A DNA stretch of 64,000 bases, from positions 30,194,001-30,258,000 of the forward strand of contig NC_067401.1 in assembly GCF_016432865.1 (NCBI RefSeq), written 5' to 3'. The position numbers and the translations under genes are program-made. The number at the start of each line of letters is the position of its first letter. Positions within the stretch are counted from its first letter, which is position 1. Under the pieces are notes generated by a model. The model did not search any database, was not told the origin of the DNA, and worked only from the letters and a program-made list of their open reading frames with translations. The DNA is from Antechinus flavipes. Lineage: Eukaryota. This document shows positions 49,220-61,572 of the stretch, one piece after another.

Positions 49220-50022
49220 ATAGGTCCAGTCCATCCTTCATGACTGTAGGGACTTACTTTCCACATAGCCTAGCATCCCTCTGGGCACAGGTCCCTATTT
49301 GGCTACCAGCTTAGATGTACTATTGAAGACTTAAAAAAACAAAAACAAAAACATCTCTCAAATCCAAAAGCATCCTCCTTGGAAGTCTTGTGTTTTCTAT
49401 GGTCAAGGGAAGTCAGTGATTGTATTAGAAAAACTCTTCTGGATTGGGGAAAGACTCATTGATTTCTTGGGACAACAAAGGTAAGACTTGGGCTAGGAAG
49501 GAAGGAAAGTAAGTAAGGAAAAGGTGCTTCTTCCCACAAAGTGGGTATTTTGTTCTGACCAGTGCAGACTCCCTGGAACATATTGCTGCTATTGTATTCA
49601 TGCTTTTGCTTGGAAACTAGATCAATAATCTCTTCCTTGAGGACATCAAGGAACAACTAACCTCATCTCCACCAAAGGGGTCTTAATTGTCCCTCATTCC
49701 TAGAGATGGGCAGAGAACAAAACTAAAGTGCTTAAGATTCCAAGGGTCTGAGGCATCTTTAAGCCCAAAACAAGGCAAAGAGCAGCCAGGTTCCCTCCCA
49801 TCAGTCCTCCCCGGACTTGTTCCCTTCTTCTTAGTGCTACCTCCCACTGGGAGTAAATAGTTGTCAGACTTTGAGAGGGGTGATGGCTTTAGCCCTAGGG
49901 GATGGTGGACCAGTTCAGGACTACAAAATGAAAACAGTGGAAGAAAATGGTCTGGGGAGGCTGAATAACCCGCCCAACCTGAACCTCCATGAGAGACAAC
50001 ACAGTGATATACTGGAAAACTT

Positions 50023-50028
50023 TTTATT
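50023..50028 (-). terminator. RPL23A polyadenylation signal (AATAAA)
   Basis: TTTATT on the plus strand about 28 nt past the RPL23A stop codon. Confidence 0.85.
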
Positions 50029-50055
50029 ATAGGTGAAGTGAGAGCTGGACCCAGC

Positions 50056-53262
<3,207 letters not shown>

Positions 53263-53265
<3 letters not shown>

Positions 53266-53530
53266 CTTGGGGGAAAGGGTCTTCCGCACTGCTTCCCACG
53301 AGCTTATAGAGCTAACTCTCACCCAAACCTCGCGAGACTTCAAGGCCTCCGAAGGGGACTGTGGGAAAAAGTCCGAAACTAAGGGAAGCGTGCTTGTGCG
53401 GTAGTGGGAAAAATCCGACGCAAGGCCTTTCGGGATTAGTAGTTCAAATTCTACCGCAGTCCCGGAAAGAGAGGGGCCGAATTGAGCACGCGCCAATCCG
53501 TCCCGAGGCTTCACGGGAAATGTAGTTTAT
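53263..53530 (-). promoter_or_regulatory. RPL23A core promoter: 5' TOP tract, TATA-like box and housekeeping motifs
   Basis: On minus: CCCTTTCCCCC (53279-53269) directly before AAGATGGCG (YY1-like, overlapping the ATG); TATAAG (53308-53303); TCTCGCGAGG (53337-53328, near the TCTCGCGAGA palindrome); ACTACATTTCCC (53526-53515, ZNF143/THAP11-type). Confidence 0.75.
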
Positions 53531-54799
53531 TCCAGACACGTGGTAGGCGGCTAGCGGCTGTCTCGGAGCTCTCTTTTGAGCTACTTTGCTTGTCAGCTTT
53601 ATCTAGACTCTCCGAGTGGAAGGCGGGGAGACTGTGGGCATCCGAACTGAGTTTCTATCTTTGAGGATAGAGATTCTTTAAAAAAAACAACAAAAAAAGA
53701 AAGAAAAAGGAGACTCTTCTTGTTACATTGACCTAAGGATCATTTAGTCAATTGACAAGCGTTTATTAAGCTCGTCCCTGCGCCAGGTACTACAGAGTCA
53801 CAGACAAAAACAAGCTGCGCGGGAACCTAGATGCCCCTTCCCTTTACCGCTGAGGATCTCGCTCAGATTGTCCTGTGACCCCCCCCCCCCGAGTTCTTGG
53901 CGGCACTGCCCCTTCTCTCCTTTATGCGCCTTATACTTAGCAGCATTAAAAAAAAAAAAAAGTTGAATTGAGCGAAATGACAAAACTTGCAAGTGACAAA
54001 CAGTGATTGCGAATGCAGGTGGGAGAGAAATAGGGGGACTCTGGGGCAGAAATACTGGGATCTGAGGGAAAGGAAGGTGGTTTTTTTTTCTTTATGTTTT
54101 GTTTTAATTTGTAAAAATGAAGAGACAGATCCAGAGAAGGGAACTGACTGAGGCCATACAATTAAGTTAGCAGGAGAAGCGTGCAGAAGTGGGAAAAACC
54201 AGCGGGAGAGGCTGGCAGGCTTTCCCAGAGAAAGCCAGGGAGAGGGTGCAGACGCTGAGACTTTGCTCTCAGGACTCATCCCTGATTCTGTAAAACGTCA
54301 AAATGCCGGTGCAACGCTCCAGTTCCTCCCAGGAATTGCAGCTCGTTCGCGTGAATCATTCTCCTCACAATCTTGCCCCGACGTTTAGAGAACGGCCTGA
54401 GTTCCCGCCCTGCTCCCTCCCGCACCGCCTCTCCGTTCCATCCCTTTCCAGGAGCGGTAAGGGACTTGGGAAAGTCCTCGGAACATCCGGGAGGGTGGCT
54501 CAGTGTGTAGCGGGAGCCTCGCTTAGAAAGGGGGAAAGGGGAAAGAAACTCTCCCCCATCCCCAACCTCCTCACAAAGAAGAGGAGCCGAGGGGCTGTTC
54601 CTGCATTCATACCCCCAGCCCTGCACTAAGCCCGTCTTTTCCCGTGGAATCGAGGAGTAACGAGAAACTTGGGTTTAGGCTCTAGCTTTAGAGAGCTGGA
54701 GTGGGGGGCGGGGTGGGGGTGGGGCGTGTACTTTGCGGGACCAGAGGAGCTATGGAAGCACCCAGACTTCTAAAAGTTCCTCTTCCATGGGCTCTGAGA

Positions 54800-55700
54800 C
54801 ATCATCCTGCTAAAAAAGGGCGATGGGGCCGGAGTTAAGGGTGGCGGGTAATATACGGAGAAAGGGGTACCCTAATGAGCACCCACACGCGCACATCAAG
54901 GATCGCGGTAGCTGTTGGCTCGTATCATCGGCCCTGAGTCTCTTGGGGTTCAGGGTCAGGGGACTGACCATCCCCACCTCCCACCCCAGCCCCCCGCAAA
55001 GGGCTGGGGGGGAGGGGAGAGACGTCTGGCAGACTGTGTGACTCACTGCCCCGGGAGTTGGAGAAGGAGGCGCCGCCCCTCGGCTCTGTGCCCCCCTCTC
55101 TCTCCTCCCTCCTTTCCTCTGTCTCGCTCTCTCTTTCCTTTCCTCCCTCTTCTCTCGTCCCCTCCTCCCCTCCCCGACCCGCCTGTTCGGAGAACTTTGT
55201 CCAGCCTCCTTCTCCCAAACGATCCCGGCCTAGTCCGTGGGAGCGCTAAGAAGGTAAGGGGTCCCCAGCGGTCCACGTGGGGAATGGATCCGGGGTCCGA
55301 GGCACGAGCCGCATCCAGGGCTGGCGGGCACGGCGGGGCCGTGGGTGTGTAGGGGGGGCCCCGCCCGGAGGAGCGGCGGCTGCGGAGGCGGATCGGCTCC
55401 AGGTGCCCGAGTTCTGGTCCCTGGCCCCCGGGGGACGGGGAGGCCCCGGGGGACGGGGAGGGACCCGGGTACCTGCGGCGGCCCTGTAACCGCCTCCTCC
55501 GCGGAGTAGCCGGAGAGTCCCAGAGTCCTGCGCTGGAGGGGTGGGGGTGGGGGGCGCCTCCGTTCCTGGAATTTCCGGGGATCGGGTTACAGCGCCGAGC
55601 CCTGCGCTGCTGGCCAGCGGCGCGCGCGGTACCGAACGAAGGCAAACCCAGTTTGGAAGCCGAGGACCTGGGTTCAAGTTCCGACTCCTACACCATCTTC
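54800..55700 (+). promoter_or_regulatory. CpG-rich RAB34 promoter with a probable upstream first exon ending at donor AAG|GTAAGG (55253/55254) and an AP-1 site TGACTCA (55039-55045)
   Basis: CpG density, a strong donor and the motif are read directly. Use of the exon is inferred. Confidence 0.55.
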
Positions 55701-55944
55701 GGCAAATCGCTTAAGCTAGCCCTGCCTCCGCCGCTCTTTTCTCCCCCGTAAGATGCGAAGGAATTGGACCAGAACACTAGGAAAGTTCCTTCCCCGAGAT
55801 TCAGGCCCCTCCGACGCTGCCTTTGTTCCCTCCCAGCCCAGCTTCCTCCCTCTAGGTTGCCCGACATGGCCCGGGCTGACAGGGCTGCTCTCCTGGATTC
55901 TTCGGGCGCCCGTGTAGCCGCAGCGCTTCCACCGTCCCACTTTA

Positions 55945-56062
55945 TTTTTTTTCCTGAGGCAATTGCTGACTTTAAGTGACTTGCCCAGGGTCACACAGCT
56001 AAGAGTTAAGGTAGTTAAGTGTGTGAGACCAGATTTGAACTCGGGTCCTCCTGACTTCAGGA
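55945..56062 (-). mobile_element. WSINE1/Mar-type SINE fragment
   Basis: T-tract followed by gaggcaattg...taagtgacttgcccagggtcacacagct...gatttgaactcgggtcctcctgacttcagg. Confidence 0.75.
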
Positions 56063-56535
56063 CTTGACTTTATTTTTTGGTCCACTCCCTAATCAACAAG
56101 CACAGCTCCTGCCCCGGGCCTGGGGATCCAAAACAAAAGCTGACGGGTCCCTGCCCTCAAGAAGCTTACTTAGAGGATTTCTTTGCCTGGGTCGTCCCCT
56201 CCCCTCCGCCCCCACCCAGTTAAGATGAGATCTCTTCCACCCTTGGCCCAAATCCCTGCTCTGGTGCATTGTTGGGATCCCCGCGTTTAGGGGGGTCTCT
56301 GCCACTGCTGTCACGGTAGGGGCTTCTGGAACTCCCAGGTTATTGGCTCGGAGCGAGGCTCCCTGTAGCTTAGACACGACTGGCACCGGGGTGTCTGGAC
56401 CAGGGGTTTGCTTTGGGGGGGGGGGGGAGATCCGAGGCGCTGCCTCTCCGGATCCTGTCCCCAGGGCAGGCCCACTTCTCAGGCTCCCCTCCCCCTCCCC
56501 AACATCTTTCTAGTCTGTAGCTGCGGGGAGACAGC

Positions 56536-59500
56536 ATGAACATCCTGGCTCCAGTGCGGAGGGACCGGGTGCTGGCCGAGCTGCCCCAGGTGGGTGTCCC
56601 GGGCGCTGTCACTTGTTCCAGCGGCGGGGGCGAAGGGGGCAAGAACTGCTGCCTCCCCACCCCAGTCCGGAGCTCGGGGGACTGGGAGTATCGGGGAGGG
56701 ATGAGAAGGCAGGCGGCCGCTCCTGGATTCCCCAGCTACGTTATTGCACTCTGCCTTCTGGGTGGGGCTGTCTGGGATCCAAGGTGCCGGGCCGCCCGCC
56801 CCGTGGCTCCCTCCCGGCGGCTCCCGGGTGGTCCGCCTGGCAGCTCGGCCGGGCGCGGGAGGGGTGTGGCCCTCCCTCCTCCCAGCTTCTCCTCTCTCCT
56901 CCTCCCCCTCCCCCACTTCAGTGCTTGAGGAAGGAGGCCGCCCTCCACTCCAACAGAACCTTCCACCCTCGAGTCAGCAATGCATGCCAGGAGCAGAGGA
57001 CCGGCACCGTGGGGTGAGTGGGGGGCGGGGAAGTAAGGGGCCGGCCTGGGGTCAGGGATGGGCCCAGGGCCACGGGGTGTGAGGAGGGCAGTGGGGGTGG
57101 AGGGAGTGGTGAGACATGGGCGGGAGGTCAGTGCTGGTTCAAAAAGGGATGAAACAGGCCTAAGGTTCGAATCAAACAAAAACCCTGAAAGCCAACAAAG
57201 TCCTGAAAACCAACAAAGCCAGGTGTTGAGATGGATAAAGTGCCCCGTCTGGGTGAAATTCCAGCCACCTGTGGGTGCTTGGGTGAGTCACTGTTCTCTG
57301 CCTGAGTTTCCTTAACTGGAAAATGAGGCTAATGATAGCACCTCCCTCTCAGGATCAAACGAGATGATAGGGAGGTCAGGAGGCAGAGAGACGGGTCTGT
57401 GGGGCAGCCAGTGACAGTGGCCAGACTGGGGACATAGAACGTCCTGTGTAGGAAACAACCGTTGTGAGCTGATCCCTGTGTCACTGGATCACAGGAGATG
57501 TAGTGGGAGTGGGGCCAGTGGGGCCAGTGGAATAAGTCATGAGTCATGAGAAGACTAGAAAGTTAGAAGGGGCTAGTTATAAACGGCTTTGCAAGCCAGA
57601 GGATTTGATAATTTGATAGGGAGTTTGTGGAATATAGGGGTGTCATGGTCAGGCCTGTGCTTTGAAAAGCTCACTTTGACAGCCAAGCGGAGGATGGACC
57701 GGAGGTAGGGAGAGGCTGGAGGCAAGGAGGCTCACCAGCCGGCTGTAGCAATGACCCTGCTTGCATTAACAAGGTAGTATCCTTGGATACGGGCAGGTAA
57801 GAGAGAGGAGACATTGATGATGTCACCTAAGTTGCAAGCCTGTTTCTAGACCATAACAGGGAAGGGAAAGAGTTCAGTTTTGGACATGGGGGGTGTGAGA
57901 TGTCTGTGGGATCTTGATTTGACATGTCCAGTAGTGAGTTAGGGAGGTGAGAATGGAGGGCAGATGAGAGGTTAGGGCAGGATAAAATCATCTGCGATTG
58001 ATCACTTAGAAATAATCATGGACTCCATAGGAGGTAACATCATTAGATTTGGGCTGGAACATGCCTTCGAATCCAGAGAAAACTTTGGAAACTGAATGTG
58101 GTTTGAAGCATAGGAAAACTACTATTTTTTTTCACCTTTGTTGGTTTGTTTTTATGCTGTTTATTTCTTGTGCTTTTTACCCTTTTGGTCTGAGTTTCTT
58201 CTGTGACGTGACAAACATGAAGATGTGTTTAAAAGGACTGCGTATATTTGACTTATATCAGATTGCTTTCTGTCTTATGGAAGAGGGAGGAAAGAGGGAG
58301 AGGGAGGAAAATTTGCCACACCAAGTCTTACAGAAACGAATGTTGAAAACTCTCTTTACATGGATCTGGAAAAATAAAATACTATTGGGAGTTAAGTATC
58401 ATTAAATATCCCTGGAAGACCCTACACTCAGAACCTCACCACAGGGGCAGCTAGGTAGGGCAGTGGATAGAGCACCAGCCCTGAAGTCAGGAGCACCTGA
58501 ATTCAAATCTGATCTCAGACACTTAACACTTCCTAGCTGTGTGACCCTGGCCAAGTCACTTAAAAAAAAAAATCACTGCCCAGAGATCAACATCCACAAT
58601 CCTTCAGACACACAGACTTTAGGACATCTGTACTCTGTCATATATGAAGACCCACTGTAGTGCATACAATTGTAATTAACACAAAATTAATAATTAATAC
58701 AATTATCTCTCTGAGGAGTGACTTTATCTTGGGACTTACTGGGGATACTGGAGAGGGGAATGAATAAGAGGGCCGTGGGCTGGAAATTGGATCCCCAAAC
58801 CGCGTCACTTCAGAGAGTGCTATGGGGAGGGATAAGAAGGGGTCAATCCATTCACGGACTGTTCTCTGCCCCGTGCCCTTCACAATTCACTGTGCTGGAT
58901 AGTTTCCCAGCCCCATAGAATCACCTCCTCCCGCCCTGTCCGCCTTGTCTTGGGCAAGGAGACCTGGGAGCCTAGCTTTCATGATATGCTTGGCTTGGGC
59001 TCCATCCCAAAATTCCTTCTTCCCTCTGGGCAGCTCCCCCCCCTTTCCCCCAGGAACCGGAGTGGACAAAACCGCCTCTGGAAGAGCAGGGGGCAGTGTT
59101 AGACACTCACCGCCTTCTTCCTCTCAGTAGGTTTAAGATCTCCAAGGTCATCGTTGTGGGGGACCTGTCTGTGGGGAAGACCTGCCTCATTAACAGGTGA
59201 GGAGCGGGGGGCTGGTTGGGCGTGTGCACGAGCCCTTAGATAAGTGGGGGAGTGGGAGAGAATGGGGTGGGAAGCCGAGGCCGGGCTCCAGCCGTGGTCT
59301 CACTTCCCCAGCTTCTCCCTCCTTCCTTTCAGGTTCTGCAAAGACACTTTTGACAAGAATTACAAGGCCACCATTGGGGTAGACTTTGAGATGGAGAGGT
59401 TCGAGGTGCTGGGAGTCCCCTTCAGCCTGCAGCTGTGAGTGCTCCCTCCTGGCTGTTGCTAGGGTGTCTCTGCCCTCATTCCCAGAAGCCCAGTCTGTCC

Positions 59501-61572
59501 TTCCACACTAATCACCAGACAGACAACGTAGGAGTTGGAAGTAGCCCTCTACCACCTGACCCCCTCTCTTCCCCCCCCCATGTCTGCACTGACTCCCACC
59601 CATGCAGCTTTGCCCCTCATTACCTGTTTGGGTCTCCTCCTTCTGCCGCCGCCCACCCTCATTGCCCTCCCCTATCGCTGTATTTGTGTCCTTTGTGCCC
59701 CGATAACCTGCCCTTCATTCCTGCGGCTCTGTCTCCTGCCTCCGTGCTGGAGGCTCACCTGCCCATAGCCTCTTTTTCAACACTTTGAATGTCCCCGTGT
59801 CCGTCCTCCTCCCCTTCCATTGTAATTTACTCACCTTCCTGTGTCTGTCCTGTCTGAGTTCTGGCTCCTGTCCCTCTCTCTGCCCAAAGCCATATAAATC
59901 TCCCTTTGCCCCTGATGTCCGACCCCCCTTCCTTCCCTTAAGTGCCCCGCTCCCATCTTGCTCCTCGGGCCCCCGTGCCCGCCTCCCTCCCCGGGGCCCC
60001 GCGCCCGCCTCCCTCCCCGGGGCCCCGCGCCCCCCTCCCTCCTCGGGCCCCACCCCTGCCTCGCTCCCCTGGGCCCTGGGCCCACCTCGGGGCCCCCTAC
60101 CCATGCAGCATCCTCTCTCTCAGCTGGGACACTGCCGGGCAGGAGAGGTTCAAATGCATTGCGTCCACTTACTACCGCGGAGCCCAAGGTGAGGGGGCCC
60201 TCTCAGCGGTACTGGGGGGCTCAGGGAGCCTGAATGGGGGGGCCAGGGGGAGGAGTCGTCCCTATTGTTGATTGCCTCTCCTCATCTCCCTCCCCCAGCT
60301 ATCATCATCGTGTTCAACCTGAGCGACGTGGCCTCCTTGGAGCACACCAAGTACAGTGTGGGGAGGAGGGAGGAGGGGCTGGGGGCGCGGAGGGGCCCTG
60401 GTCAGTGGGAAGGGGGTCAGAGCAGCAGTGAGGAGCATCAGGAACAAGGCGGGGGGTGTGGGAGGGGGAGAGAGCTAGGAAGCCCGGCCTTTTCCTCCCC
60501 GGCACCAGACAGTGGCTGGCCGATGCTCTGAAAGAGAACGACCCCTCCAACGTGCTGCTGTTCCTCGTGGGCTCCAAGAAGGACTTGAGCGTGAGTGTGA
60601 TGGAGGGGCTGGGGTTCAGCACGAGCAGGGATCCCGGGCCCAAGTCCGTAACAATCTTCTCTTGCTAGACTCCAGCTCAGTACGTGCTGATGGAGAAGGA
60701 TGCCGTCAAGATGGCCCAGGAGATGAAGGCCGAGTATTGGGCGGTCTCGTCTCTCACAGGTGAGCTGTGGGCAGAGCCCTGGCGGGGCACTCTCTGCTGG
60801 CAGCCACCTCTGGTCTGCCTCTGGGGCCTTGTGGAATCCCTGCAGCGCCCACCTGCCTCACCGCCCACCTTTCCATTCTGTGTCTGCCCTGTTGGGTTCC
60901 CCCCAGTGCCTGCCCTCGGTACCTCTGCCGTCCCCCTCCACTGTCCCATTCATCTGGCCCACTCTCTGAAAAACTACCTGTGCTTCTTGCCCTTGCCCTG
61001 CGCGGCGCCCGGTGCCTGGCCAGCTGCCCACCCCGCGCGGCGCCCGGTGCCCGGCCAGCTGCCCATACTTCCCACCCTGTGGGCACCTTGAAGTCTGAAG
61101 TCCATTCACGGCCTGCCCCCCGTCCCCTAACTCTCTACCGTGATCTGCCCCCTCTGAGTGCCCGCTCCCCTTGCCAGGCGAGAACGTGCGCGAGTTCTTC
61201 TTCCGCGTGGCAGCGCTAACTTTTGAAGCCAACGTGCTGGCTGAACTCGAGAAGACAGATGCCCGGCGTATAGGCGACATCATCCGTGAGTGCCTCCGAT
61301 AGCCCCTCCCCCTTATTGATTAAAGGACTTCAGCATCTGGAATAATGCATGATTAAAATGCAATAATAGCTTATACCTGACCTCTACGAGCGGCGTGTAA
61401 CCTTACAGGCAGGCTCCCTAAAGAGGCTCGGATGCCCGCGGGCTGAGGAGGGGGCTCCCGGGAGAGCCCTTCTAGACGGGCCTCCTTCCCATCTCCTCCC
61501 TTAGGGATCAACAGCAACGACAGCAACCTCTACCTGACAACCAGTAAGAAGAGACCCAAGTGCTGCCAGTGA
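56536..61572 (+). CDS. RAB34: Ras-related protein Rab-34, 259 aa (260 with the proximal exon-3 acceptor), 10 coding exons
   Basis: Exons 56536-56589, 56922-57013, 59131-59196, 59333-59434, 60124-60188, 60299-60350, 60509-60590, 60669-60759, 61178-61285, 61505-61572. The total of 780 nt is 259 aa plus stop. Reads MNILAPVRRDRVLAELPQCLRKEAAL, with GDLSVGKT, IGVDFE, WDTAGQERF, GSKKD, and a C-terminal KKRPKCCQ prenylation motif. Confidence 0.97.
58030..58395 (+). mobile_element. Marsupial L1 3' UTR fragment in RAB34 intron 2, sense orientation
   Basis: tttggaaactgaatgtgg...gacttatatcagattgc...gggagggaggaaaatttg...aatgttgaaaactctctttacatggatctggaaaaataaaatact. Confidence 0.7.
58444..58570 (+). mobile_element. 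WSINE1/Mar-type tRNA-derived SINE with A tail in RAB34 intron 2
   Basis: ggggcagctaggt..gcagtggatagagcaccagccctgaagtcagga..cctgaattcaaatct...tagctgtgtgaccctggccaagtcactt followed by A10. Confidence 0.85.
59964..60095. repeat. GC-rich 26-bp tandem repeat (2 exact plus degenerate copies) in RAB34 intron 4
   Basis: GCCCGCCTCCCTCCCCGGGGCCCCGC at 59977 and 60003, with a variant at 60029. Confidence 0.85.
61000..61065. repeat. 35-bp-period tandem duplication in RAB34 intron 8
   Basis: gcgcggcgcccggtgcc(t/c)ggccagctgccca at 61000 and 61035. Confidence 0.85.

Noticed and set aside
61318-61380. ATTAAA motifs in RAB34 intron 9
   Set aside because: They lie in an AT-rich, MIR-like fragment between intact coding exons, with no evidence of use.
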